A stretch of 64,000 nucleotides of DNA from Chitinivorax sp. Lineage in GTDB: Bacteria; Pseudomonadota; Gammaproteobacteria; Burkholderiales; SCOH01. The notes beneath the pieces are model-generated. The model had not been told where the DNA came from. It did not search any database and saw only the letters and a program-made list of their open reading frames with translations. The stretch is taken from contig JAXMFR010000005.1 in the NCBI GenBank assembly GCA_046347685.1, forward strand, positions 23,269 to 87,268, given 5' to 3'. Positions 39,757 through 53,375 of this stretch are shown here, in pieces. Each line of letters opens with the position of its first letter. Positions within the stretch are counted from its first letter, which is position 1. The translations under genes and the position numbers were made by a program.

Positions 39757-39909
39757 GCCGCTGCCGGCCTGGCGTTGCACCGGCCCATTCAAGGTGCTGA
39801 TGGCCGGCATCAGAATATTTTTCCCGGAATCAGTAAAAACGCTGATATCAATAAGGTTATTGCGTGTTCACACTGCAATCACCGATAAGAACGATTCCGG
39901 AGAGAGACC

Positions 39910-41817
39910 ATGACCCAAGCAGGCTACGCCGACAGCCATCGGCTTTCCATCGAACAACCCGAAGTATTCTGGGCCGAGCAGGCACAACGCATCGTTTGGC
40001 AGCAGCCCTATTCGCAGGTGCTGGATTTCAGCAAGCCACCGTTTGCCCGCTGGTTTGTGGATGGCACCACCAATCTGTGTTTCAACGCGGTAGATCGCCA
40101 TTTGTTGCAACGCCCGGATCAGCCGGCGCTGGTATATATCTCCACCGAAACCGGGCAGGAAACCAGCTACAGCTATCGCCAGTTGCATGCCGAGGTCAAC
40201 CGCTGTGCCGCTGTGTTGCAGGCGCAAGGGGTGGGCAAGGGCGACCGCGTCATCATCTATATGCCGATGATCGCCGAGGCTATTTTTGCCATGCTGGCGT
40301 GCGCTCGTCTGGGGGCGATTCACTCGGTGGTGTTTGGCGGATTTGCCTCACACAGCCTGGCGAGCCGAATCGATGATGCCCGGCCGAAAGTGCTGTTTAC
40401 TGCCGATGCCGGCATGCGAGGCGGCAAGGCGATCCACTACAAACCGCTGGTGGACGAAGCGCTGAAACTGGCACAGCACCCGCCGCAAAGCGTGATTATT
40501 GTTGATCGCGGTATCGATCAGAACCTGCAGCGCGTGCCCGGCCGCGATCTGGATTACGCTAGCTTGCGCGAGCAGCATATGCAGGCCTCGGTAGACGTCG
40601 AATGGGTCGAGTCGAGCCATCCTTCGTATATTCTTTACACCTCGGGCACCACCGGCAAACCCAAGGGCGTGCAGCGAGATACCGGTGGCTACGCAGTAGC
40701 GCTGGCCACGTCAATGCAGTACATCTACGGCGGTCAGGCCGGGGACTGCATGTTTACCACCTCCGATATCGGCTGGGTGGTCGGCCATTCCTATATCGTT
40801 TACGGCCCTTTGCTGGCGGGCATGACCAGCATCATCTACGAAGGCACACCGGTGCGACCGGACGCAGCCATCTGGTGGAAAATTGTCGAGCAATACCAGG
40901 TCAAGGTGATGTTCAGCAGCCCGACCGCGATTCGCGTGCTGAAAAAGCAGGACCCGGCCTGCCTGAAACGGCACGATGTCTCGAGCCTGCAATCGCTGTA
41001 TCTGGCCGGTGAACCGCTGGATGAGCCGACTGCACGCTGGATCAGCGATGCGCTGCAGGTGGATGTGATCGATAACTATTGGCAGACCGAAACCGGCTGG
41101 CCGATTCTGTCGGCACAGCCCGGCATCGAACCATTACCGAAAAAGTTTGGCTCGCCGGGCAAGCCGGTTTACGGCTTCAACGTCAAATTGCTGCATGAGG
41201 CAACGGGTGAGCCGGTGGCGGATGAGGAAAAAGGTGTGCTGGTGATTCAGCCGCCGCTGCCGCCCGGTTGTTTGTCTACGGTGTGGGGTGACGACGCACG
41301 TTTCGTCAAAACCTATTTCAGCAATTTCAATCAGCAGGTGTATTCCAGCTTCGACTGGGCGCGGCGTGATGCCGACGGTTATTACTTTATCCTCGGCCGT
41401 GCCGATGATGTGATCAACGTCGCCGGCCATCGCCTTGGCACGCGCGAGATCGAGGAAGCCTTGTCCAGCCATAACGGTGTAGCGGAAGTCGCGGTAGTGG
41501 GCGTGGCCGATGAGCTGAAAGGGCAGGTGGTGGCTGCATTCGTGGTGGTGAAGGATCCCGCCAGCGTTGCTGACAATGCTGGCCGCCAGGCATTGGAGAA
41601 AGCACTGATGGCAACGGTGGATCAGCAACTCGGCGCCATTGCACGCCCGGCGAAGATCCATTTTGTCGCACTACTGCCGAAAACCCGCTCCGGCAAGCTG
41701 CTGCGCCGCTCGATACAGGCTCTCGCTGAGGGGCGCGATCCGGGCGATCTGACCACGCTCGATGATCCCGGTGCACTGGAGCAGGTACGCCAGGCTATTC
41801 TCAATCCTGCATGTTGA
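39910..41817 (+). CDS. prpE: propionate--CoA ligase / short-chain acyl-CoA synthetase
   Basis: 635-aa AMP-forming ligase (YTSGTTGKPKG, GYYFILGRADDVINVAGHR, PKTRSGK) with a PrpE-like N-terminus. Confidence 0.75.
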   Translation: MTQAGYADSHRLSIEQPEVFWAEQAQRIVWQQPYSQVLDFSKPPFARWFVDGTTNLCFNAVDRHLLQRPDQPALVYISTETGQETSYSYRQLHAEVNRCAAVLQAQGVGKGDRVIIYMPMIAEAIFAMLACARLGAIHSVVFGGFASHSLASRIDDARPKVLFTADAGMRGGKAIHYKPLVDEALKLAQHPPQSVIIVDRGIDQNLQRVPGRDLDYASLREQHMQASVDVEWVESSHPSYILYTSGTTGKPKGVQRDTGGYAVALATSMQYIYGGQAGDCMFTTSDIGWVVGHSYIVYGPLLAGMTSIIYEGTPVRPDAAIWWKIVEQYQVKVMFSSPTAIRVLKKQDPACLKRHDVSSLQSLYLAGEPLDEPTARWISDALQVDVIDNYWQTETGWPILSAQPGIEPLPKKFGSPGKPVYGFNVKLLHEATGEPVADEEKGVLVIQPPLPPGCLSTVWGDDARFVKTYFSNFNQQVYSSFDWARRDADGYYFILGRADDVINVAGHRLGTREIEEALSSHNGVAEVAVVGVADELKGQVVAAFVVVKDPASVADNAGRQALEKALMATVDQQLGAIARPAKIHFVALLPKTRSGKLLRRSIQALAEGRDPGDLTTLDDPGALEQVRQAILNPAC

Positions 41818-41887
41818 GCATGCCGTTAATGATGACTTAAGCCGGGGGGCATAGTCTGGGTGACGTTGCCCCTTGGGAGTGTTCATC

Positions 41888-42478
41888 ATGCAGGTATTCA
41901 ATCGTTTCCGTCTGCTGCACTGGTTGTTGGCCGGTTTTTGCCTGGCCGCTTATCTCACCGGAGAAGATGCCGGTCTTGCTCATGTCTGGCTGGGTTATGG
42001 CTTGATTCTGGCGATATCGCTGCGGCTGCTGCTGGCGTTGTTCCGCGCCAAGGGCTTTGCCGCCTTGTTACCCAAGCAGTTTTCACTGGCAACGCCCGCT
42101 CAGTCTCAGGCCTTGCTCAGTCGCTTGTTAGTGTTGGCCTTGCTGCTGAACATGCTCGGTGCCAGCGTGACGGGCGTGCTGATGGTGGATAACAGTAAAT
42201 CCCTGAATCTGGCCGGTGTGTCACCGCTGCAGACGCTGGTGACGACAGCGCGGGCGGATGACGATGACGAGGACGAAGAGGGTGGCTTGCGTGCCGCAGG
42301 TAGCGGTGAGTGGCTGGAAGAAGTCCATGAGGTGTTTGCCAATGGCACGCTGCTGGTGGCCGGTCTGCATGTTGCCTACGTCTGGATGTTCCGCCGGCGT
42401 CTTGCCTGGCGCTTGCTGGGTCGTGATTCCGGATCGGGCGATACTGCTGGCAGCGCGGTCGGCGAGGTGGGGAGGTAA
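41888..42478 (+). CDS. cytochrome b561/b-type cytochrome-like membrane protein
   Basis: RLLHW..YLTGE pattern and four predicted TM helices. There is an internal acidic run ADDDDEDEEGG. ATG 41888 follows GGGAG. Confidence 0.55.
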   Translation: MQVFNRFRLLHWLLAGFCLAAYLTGEDAGLAHVWLGYGLILAISLRLLLALFRAKGFAALLPKQFSLATPAQSQALLSRLLVLALLLNMLGASVTGVLMVDNSKSLNLAGVSPLQTLVTTARADDDDEDEEGGLRAAGSGEWLEEVHEVFANGTLLVAGLHVAYVWMFRRRLAWRLLGRDSGSGDTAGSAVGEVGR

Positions 42479-42504
42479 AGCTGCGTGATGTTGATCTGAT
42501 GCGA

Positions 42505-42540
42505 TAAAAAAACGGCGGCATATCATTGCCGCCGTTTTGG
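42505..42540. terminator. bidirectional terminator (cytochrome b-like gene / porin gene convergent)
   Basis: AAAAAAACGGCGGCATATCATTGCCGCCGTTTTGG. Confidence 0.8.
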
Positions 42541-42561
42541 TCTGCAGAGCCTGTCTGCCTA

Positions 42562-43881
<1,320 letters not shown>

Positions 43882-43901
43882 TTACGGCAGGCCCGAAGAG
43901 A

Positions 43902-45083
43902 CTAAAGGCTCTGGTTCAGGCGGCGAATGGCGCGATCCAGACCGTCCAATGTCAGCGGATACATGCGATCCTGCATCAGCTGTTTGATCAGGTGCAGTGA
44001 TTCGGTGTAATCCCAGTACTTCTCCGCAACCGGGTTGAGCCAGATGGCGCTGCCGTAATGTTCCAGCAGCCGTTGCATCCAAACCTGACCGGCTTCGGCA
44101 TTGTTGTGTTCAACACTGCCGTTGGGGTAGACGATTTCGTAAGGGCTCATGGTGGCGTCACCGACAAAAATCAGTTTGTAGTCTGGCCCATAGGTATGCA
44201 TCACGTCGTAGGTAGACATCCGCTCGTTGTGACGGCGCTTGTTGTCTTTCCACACCGATTCATAAACACAGTTGTGGAAGTAAAAATATTCCAGATGCTT
44301 GAACTCGGTTTTGGCTGCGGAAAACAGTTCTTCGCAACTGCGGATGTGGTCATCCATCGAGCCGCCAACATCAAAAAACAGCAGCACTTTGACCTTGTTG
44401 TGTAGCTGCGGCACCATTTTGATATCGAGATAACCGGCGTTATTGGCGGTGGAACGGATGGTATCCTCCAGATCCAGTACCTCCGGTGCGCCTTCGCGGG
44501 CAAATTGCCGCAAGCGCCGCAGGGCAACCTTGATATTGCGCGTGCCCAGTTGCACCTGATCGTCAAAGTTCTTGAACTCACGCTGATCCCACACCTTCAC
44601 CGCCTTGCGGTGGCGCGACTGCTCCTGGCCAATGCGGATACCGGCGGGATTGTAGCCATTGGCGCCAAACGGGCTGGTGCCACCGGTACCAATCCATTTG
44701 TTGCCGCCAGCGTGGCGTTCTTTCTGTTCCTTCAGGCGCTCCTTGAACGTTTCCATGAGTTTGTCCCAACCCATGGCTTCCAGCGCCTTCTTGTCCTCTT
44801 CGCTGAGAAAACGCTCGAACTCCTTACGCAGCCAGTCGTCAGGAATATCCGCCGTCAATAGTTCACCGAGAGACTCGACACCTTTGAAATAGCTGCCAAA
44901 TGCCTTGTCGAACTTGTCGAAATGCTTCTCGTCCTTCACCAGACAGGTGCGGGCGAGATAATAAAAATCGTCGAGACTGCCGGAGATCACGCGTTTATCC
45001 AGCGCTGCCAGCAGGGTCAGAAACTCCTTGATGCTGACGGGAACCTTGGCATTTTTGAGCTGATAAAAGAAGTCGATGAGCAT
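43902..45083 (-). CDS. VWA domain-containing CoxE-like protein
   Basis: 393 aa with a C-terminal VWA MIDAS-like segment LLFFDVGGSMD. The N-terminal region is typical of COG3552-type proteins. Confidence 0.7.
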   Translation of the reverse strand: MLIDFFYQLKNAKVPVSIKEFLTLLAALDKRVISGSLDDFYYLARTCLVKDEKHFDKFDKAFGSYFKGVESLGELLTADIPDDWLRKEFERFLSEEDKKALEAMGWDKLMETFKERLKEQKERHAGGNKWIGTGGTSPFGANGYNPAGIRIGQEQSRHRKAVKVWDQREFKNFDDQVQLGTRNIKVALRRLRQFAREGAPEVLDLEDTIRSTANNAGYLDIKMVPQLHNKVKVLLFFDVGGSMDDHIRSCEELFSAAKTEFKHLEYFYFHNCVYESVWKDNKRRHNERMSTYDVMHTYGPDYKLIFVGDATMSPYEIVYPNGSVEHNNAEAGQVWMQRLLEHYGSAIWLNPVAEKYWDYTESLHLIKQLMQDRMYPLTLDGLDRAIRRLNQSL

Positions 45084-45389
45084 AAAAGCTTTGTGTTATT
45101 GTCGCTGGCGATTAGATTTCTTGCTCTAAATCGGCGATTGATGAAGACTTTTGACCGGCTGAGCGGTATCCGCAAAACGTTGTCTGCGTCACGTCGTGAA
45201 CTGCGCCCAGATTTTATTGTAGCCGATTGTACTACCAACTCTGGCTAGCCGCGTAGCCTGAACAATTGATCGCCAAAGGCAGAAATCGCTTTTTTTGTAG
45301 TGACAATTGACCAGTGGTCATGGTTTTTCGAAGGCGCTACAGTGTGACTTGGCATGAGATGAAAATCGCAGAGGAGATAACGGAGCATC

Positions 45390-45947
45390 ATGTTGACACG
45401 TCGTCAGTTCATCAAGACCGGGATTGCCGGTGCCGCCACGCTGGCCGTAGCCCGGGCCCTTTATGGTCCGTTCGAGCGTGAGCCGCAATGGCAGAGTGCG
45501 GGCACTTATCAATATCAGGTGTTGTCGGCGGGTGGTCGCAATATGCTGGCCGCGCTGGCAGCCGTGATGCTCAAGGGGGCATTGCCGCAGGATGAGCCGG
45601 CTCGTGCCAGCGCGATTCAGCTCGTGGTCGAAGGTATCGACAAGGCTGTGGCTGCCCTGCAACCTGCGGTACAGGAAGAATTGCAGCAATTGTTTTCACT
45701 GCTGAATTTTCCGGTTACGCGTCGTTTGCTGGCTGGTGTGTCGCAGCCCTGGCTAAAGGCGGATGCACACGAAATCGAGCAATTTATTGCCAATTGGCGC
45801 GAGAGCCGTTTCCAGTTGCTGCGCAGTGGTTTTCATGGATTACACATGCTGGTGATGGCTGCCTGGTATGGCAGCCCGCAAAGCTGGGACAAACTGGGCT
45901 ACAGCGGCCCACCGGCGCATGTGCTGGCAGCCCAGGTGGCCAATTGA
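45390..45947 (+). CDS. twin-arginine-signal small subunit (gluconate 2-dehydrogenase subunit 3-like)
   Basis: MLTRRQFIKTGIAGAATLAVARA TAT signal. It lies immediately upstream of the GMC flavoprotein gene. Confidence 0.7.
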   Translation: MLTRRQFIKTGIAGAATLAVARALYGPFEREPQWQSAGTYQYQVLSAGGRNMLAALAAVMLKGALPQDEPARASAIQLVVEGIDKAVAALQPAVQEELQQLFSLLNFPVTRRLLAGVSQPWLKADAHEIEQFIANWRESRFQLLRSGFHGLHMLVMAAWYGSPQSWDKLGYSGPPAHVLAAQVAN

Positions 45948-45957
45948 GGAAAGCGAT

Positions 45958-47574
45958 ATGAGCAAATTCATTGACCCTTACGTCGAAGGGCTCGCCCGCG
46001 GTTGGCAGATTGTCGATGCTTCGGCGCTGACAGAGGATAAACATCTGGAAGCCGATGTGGTGATTGTGGGCACGGGGGCCGGTGGCGGCGTGACGGCCGA
46101 AACCCTGTGCAAGGCCGGTTTGAAGGTGGTATTGCTGGAAGAAGGGCCACTGAAAACCACGCGTGATTTCAAAATGCGTGAATCCGAGGCTTATCCCAGC
46201 CTGTATCAGGAATCAGCAGCGCGCCAGACCAAGGACAAGGGCATCAGCATCCTGCAGGGGCGGACTGTTGGCGGTTCGACGACCGTCAACTGGACCTCCA
46301 GCTTTCGCACGCCACCGGATACACTGCGATTCTGGCAGCAAAATTTCGGGCTGAAGGACCACACAGTCGAACAGTTGCAGCCATGGTTTGAGATGATGGA
46401 GCGACGCCTGCATGTGCAGGATTGGCTGACTGCGCCGAATGCCAACAACAATGTATTGAAGGTTGGCGCGGAAAAACTTGGCATCAGCTGGGGGCACATC
46501 CGCCGCAATATCAACGGTTGCTGGAACCTGGGTTATTGCGGCATGGGCTGCCCGACCAACGCCAAGCAGTCGATGTTGATTACCACCATTCCATTTGCGC
46601 TGGATCACGGTGCAACCTTGGTGCACCACGTGCGTGCCCAGCAATTGCTGCTGGATGGTGAGCGCGTTCTCGGGGTCGAATGTCAGGCAATGGATGCTGC
46701 AGGTGTGCGGCCGACATCTGCACGAGTGACCGTCAAGGCGCGGCATGTGGTGCTGGCTGCAGGGGCCATAGGTTCGCCGGCCTTGTTGTTACGGAGCAAG
46801 GCGCCTGATCCTTACAAGCTGTTAGGCAGTCGGACTTTTCTGCATCCGACCACCATTTCGATGGCAACCATGCCGGAAAAAATTGAAGCGAATAATGGTG
46901 CTCCGCAAAGCCTGTATTCGGATCATTTTCTGCATACGCAGCCAGTCGACGGTGCGATGGGCTTCAAGATCGAGGTACCGCCGTTGCATCCGATGTTGGC
47001 CTCAATCAACGTTATGGCCAGTGGCGAACAGCATGCCCAGTTCATGAGTCAGTTTCCGCATGTCAACGCCATGCTGTCGTTGCTGCGCGATGGTTTTCAC
47101 ACCCAAAGCACCGGTGGTCAAGTGCTGCTACGCAGCGATGGCACGCCACAGCTGGATTATCCGATTAGTGACTACGTCTGGCAGGGGGTACGCCAATCAC
47201 TGCTGGCCATGGGTGAAATGCAGTTTGCCGCTGGCGCCACCATGGCCATGCCCGCGCACGATCAGGCAACGCCGCAAACGACGTTTGCGGGATACAAGCA
47301 ACTGGTTGAATCGCTGCCGATGGAAGTGTTGCGCGCGCGGGTTGTCAGCGCGCATGTGATGGGAGGCTGTCGCATGGGCAGCGATCCGAAAAATGCGGTG
47401 GTTAATGCCGACGGCCAGCATCACCATCTGCGTAACCTGCACGTGATTGATGGCTCGATGTTCCCAACCAGCATCGGCGCCAACCCGCAATTGTCGATTT
47501 ACGGCATTGCCGCGCGCAACGCTGCCAAACTTGCACAGCAATTGACGGGCAGGCCTGCTCCGGCTTTAGCCTGA
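45958..47574 (+). CDS. GMC family FAD-dependent oxidoreductase
   Basis: VVIVGTGAGGG dinucleotide fold and a C-terminal GMC signature region (HVMGGCRMG..LHVIDGSMFPTSIGANPQ). ATG 45958 follows GAGGAA. It has no signal peptide of its own. Confidence 0.85.
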   Translation: MSKFIDPYVEGLARGWQIVDASALTEDKHLEADVVIVGTGAGGGVTAETLCKAGLKVVLLEEGPLKTTRDFKMRESEAYPSLYQESAARQTKDKGISILQGRTVGGSTTVNWTSSFRTPPDTLRFWQQNFGLKDHTVEQLQPWFEMMERRLHVQDWLTAPNANNNVLKVGAEKLGISWGHIRRNINGCWNLGYCGMGCPTNAKQSMLITTIPFALDHGATLVHHVRAQQLLLDGERVLGVECQAMDAAGVRPTSARVTVKARHVVLAAGAIGSPALLLRSKAPDPYKLLGSRTFLHPTTISMATMPEKIEANNGAPQSLYSDHFLHTQPVDGAMGFKIEVPPLHPMLASINVMASGEQHAQFMSQFPHVNAMLSLLRDGFHTQSTGGQVLLRSDGTPQLDYPISDYVWQGVRQSLLAMGEMQFAAGATMAMPAHDQATPQTTFAGYKQLVESLPMEVLRARVVSAHVMGGCRMGSDPKNAVVNADGQHHHLRNLHVIDGSMFPTSIGANPQLSIYGIAARNAAKLAQQLTGRPAPALA

Positions 47575-47656
47575 GCCGGTATGGCTGGATCGGCCGGCTT
47601 GTTTTTGCCGGCTTATCCGCTAGCTTGAAATTATCTTCCTTATCCGGCTTTTGATC

Positions 47657-48835
47657 ATGGCGCATCAGCCTCATCCCGACTGGCAAGATATCCTGCTACT
47701 GGAGCAGCAAATCAGCGATGAAGAACGCGCAATTCGCGATGCGGCTCAGCGCTATTGTCAGCAGCAGTTGATGCCGCGCATTGTGCAGGCCAACCGGCTC
47801 GAACAATTCGATCCGGCCATATTGCGGGAAATGGGCGCGCTGGGCCTGCTTGGCGCCACCATTCAAGGTTATGGCTGTCCGGGTTTGAGCCATGTCGCCT
47901 ATGGCCTGCTGGCGCGTGAAGTGGAGCGGGTGGACAGTGGCTATCGTTCGGCAATGAGCGTGCAAAGCTCGCTGGTGATGTATCCGATCCATCGTTTTGG
48001 CAGCGAACAGCAAAGGCAGGCCTACCTGCCCGGCCTGGCCAGTGGCGAATTGATCGGTTGCTTTGGCCTGACCGAGCCCGATCATGGCTCTGATCCGGGA
48101 GCAATGGCCACGCGTGCGCGTAAGGTAGACGGCGGTTATCGCTTGAGCGGCAGCAAAATGTGGATCACCAATGCGCCAATAGCTGATGTATTGCTGGTTT
48201 GGGCCAAGGACGAGGCGGGGGGTATCGGCGGTTATTTGCTGGAGCGGGGTATGGCCGGTTTGGCAACCCCAACCATACACGGCAAATTCAGCCTGCGGGC
48301 GTCGATTACCGGCGAAATCGTCATGGATGACGTTTTTGTACCGGAAGCCAACAAATTGCCCCAGGCCGCCGGCCTGAAAGCGCCGTTTTCCTGCCTCAAC
48401 AAGGCACGTTATGGCATTGCCTGGGGGGCATTGGGCGCTGCGGAGTTCTGTTGGCATGCGGCGCGTCAGTACACCCTTGATCGGCAGCAGTTTGGGCGGC
48501 CGCTGGCGGCCAACCAGCTGATCCAGCTGAAGCTGGCGGACATGCAGACGGAAATTACCTTGGGGCTGCAGGCGGTATTGCGGGTTGGCCGTTTGCTGGA
48601 TGAAGGTGTCGCTACGCCGGACATGATTTCGCTGATCAAACGCAATTCGGTGGGCAAGGCTCTGGAGATAGCACGCAAGGCACGCGATATGCATGGTGCC
48701 AATGGTGTCAGCGATGAATTTCATGTCATCCGCCATCTGTGCAATCTTGAAGCGGTAAATACCTACGAAGGTACCCACGATATTCATGCGCTGATTTTGG
48801 GGCGTGGCCAGACTGGCTTGCAGGCCTTTTTCTGA
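47657..48835 (+). CDS. gcdH: glutaryl-CoA dehydrogenase
   Basis: [26 protein letters not shown] and WITNAP are characteristic GCDH motifs. Confidence 0.9.
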   Translation: MAHQPHPDWQDILLLEQQISDEERAIRDAAQRYCQQQLMPRIVQANRLEQFDPAILREMGALGLLGATIQGYGCPGLSHVAYGLLAREVERVDSGYRSAMSVQSSLVMYPIHRFGSEQQRQAYLPGLASGELIGCFGLTEPDHGSDPGAMATRARKVDGGYRLSGSKMWITNAPIADVLLVWAKDEAGGIGGYLLERGMAGLATPTIHGKFSLRASITGEIVMDDVFVPEANKLPQAAGLKAPFSCLNKARYGIAWGALGAAEFCWHAARQYTLDRQQFGRPLAANQLIQLKLADMQTEITLGLQAVLRVGRLLDEGVATPDMISLIKRNSVGKALEIARKARDMHGANGVSDEFHVIRHLCNLEAVNTYEGTHDIHALILGRGQTGLQAFF

Positions 48836-48916
48836 TTGTGTTTTGGCTTGGCTTTGAGCGAAGCCGGCGTAACAAGTCGTTCCGGGTGCGTTGAGCCTGA
48901 ACGACAATTACGCTAA

Positions 48917-50584
<1,668 letters not shown>

Positions 50585-50586
50585 GC

Positions 50587-51429
50587 ATGCAACTGTGTGG
50601 CTTTGAAGTTGGTCTGCAGCAACCGTTGTTCCTGATTGCCGGCCCGTGCGTGATCGAGTCGCAGCAGTTGGCGCTGGATACCGCAGGTCAACTGAAAGAG
50701 ATTTGTGCCGAGCTGGGTATCCCGTTCATCTACAAATCGTCCTTCGACAAGGCCAATCGCAGTTCTGGCAAATCGTTCCGTGGTCCAGGTATGGATCAGG
50801 GCTTGAATATCCTCGCCGAAGTGCGCAAGCAGATCGGCGTGCCGGTACTGACCGATATTCACGAAATCGACGAAATCGAGCCGGTGGCTGCCGTGGTTGA
50901 CGTATTGCAGACCCCCGCTTTCCTGTGCCGTCAGACTGATTTTATCCACGCCGTAGCGCGCTGTGGCAAGCCGGTGAATATCAAGAAAGGCCAGTTCCTG
51001 GCGCCGGGCGACATGAAGAATGTCGTCGACAAGGCCAAGGAAGCCAATGGCGGCAGCGACAACATCATGGTGTGTGAACGTGGCGTTAGCTTCGGTTACA
51101 ACAACCTGGTTTCCGATATGCGCAGTCTGGCGATCATGCGTGAGACTGGCTGTCCGGTGGTATTTGATGCCACTCACTCGGTACAGTTGCCGGGTGGGCA
51201 GGGTACATCCTCCGGTGGTCAGCGCGAGTTTGTGCCGGTGCTGGCGCGCGCAGCGGTTGCCGTTGGTGTGGCAGGCCTGTTTATGGAAACCCACCCGGAT
51301 CCGGCCAAGGCCATGTCCGACGGCCCGAATGCCTGGCCGCTGCCGAAAATGAAGAATTTGCTGGCCACGCTGAAACAGATCGACGATCTGTTGAAGGCGG
51401 GCGGCTTTGCCGAGATGTCGCTGGGCTGA
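50587..51429 (+). CDS. kdsA: 3-deoxy-8-phosphooctulonate synthase
   Basis: 280 aa with [11 protein letters not shown] and DATHSVQ motifs. It lies in the pyrG-kdsA-eno context. Confidence 0.95.
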   Translation: MQLCGFEVGLQQPLFLIAGPCVIESQQLALDTAGQLKEICAELGIPFIYKSSFDKANRSSGKSFRGPGMDQGLNILAEVRKQIGVPVLTDIHEIDEIEPVAAVVDVLQTPAFLCRQTDFIHAVARCGKPVNIKKGQFLAPGDMKNVVDKAKEANGGSDNIMVCERGVSFGYNNLVSDMRSLAIMRETGCPVVFDATHSVQLPGGQGTSSGGQREFVPVLARAAVAVGVAGLFMETHPDPAKAMSDGPNAWPLPKMKNLLATLKQIDDLLKAGGFAEMSLG

Positions 51430-51489
51430 TCGCTCGCGCCGGATCGCAAGATTACCTGTTATCGATTAACCAATTATCAGAGGTATTGA

Positions 51490-52779
<1,290 letters not shown>

Positions 52780-52806
52780 GCCACTTGCTCCGCTAGTTGG
52801 TAACGT

Positions 52807-52830
52807 ACGGGCGGGAAACCGCCCGTTTCT
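52807..52830 (+). terminator. hairpin after eno
   Basis: ACGGGCGG-GAAA-CCGCCCGT followed by TTTCT. The T-tract is short. Confidence 0.5.
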
Positions 52831-52854
52831 GCATATTTACGCTTGATATCCTGC

Positions 52855-53223
52855 ATGCGCATTCTGACGCTGATTATGGTTTTGCTGATCGCTTTCATCC
52901 AATACCCCTTGTGGGTAGGGAAAGGGAGCTGGCTGAGTGTCTGGAAAATAGATGCCGAGCTGGGCAAGCAGCAGCAGGCCAACAAGCAGCTGGAAACCCG
53001 CAATGCCTCTCTGGCTGCCGAGGTACGTGATCTGAAAACCGGTTACGACGCCATTGAAGAGCGGGCTCGTAACGAGTTGGGAATGATCAAGCAGGACGAA
53101 GTGTTTTTCCAGATTCTCGACAAACCAAGCTTGCCGCTTAATGCTCCATTGCCCCCTGCAGATAACAAACCTGCAACTGCTGAAAAGCCTGCTGCACCCG
53201 CCAGCACTGTAGCGCCACAATAA
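52855..53223 (+). CDS. ftsB: cell division protein FtsB (septum formation initiator)
   Basis: Single TM helix, coiled coil, and ARNELGMIKQDEVFFQI motif. It lies downstream of eno. Confidence 0.88.
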   Translation: MRILTLIMVLLIAFIQYPLWVGKGSWLSVWKIDAELGKQQQANKQLETRNASLAAEVRDLKTGYDAIEERARNELGMIKQDEVFFQILDKPSLPLNAPLPPADNKPATAEKPAAPASTVAPQ

Positions 53224-53375
53224 TCCCCGCCTTTGGTTGAAAAGCGCGGCTGCCCATATACAATTTCATGGGGGGCCTGATTTGCTACGCCCTGATTCTG
53301 CGTGTTCCATTTTGTTGTTGCTGGAGCATGGCTGCTTGTATTGCGCTTGCTGTATTCACTATTTGACCAAAGCCA

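Noticed and set aside
39796-39830. A terminator after the hybrid kinase gene (CTGATG-GCCGG-CATCAG followed by AATATTTTT).
   Set aside because: The stem is only 6 bp and the T-tract is interrupted. This is too weak to annotate as a feature.
45318-45689. A 123-aa minus-strand ORF overlapping the start of the TAT-signal gene.
   Set aside because: It overlaps a gene with a clear twin-arginine signal and RBS on the other strand, and it has no recognisable features.
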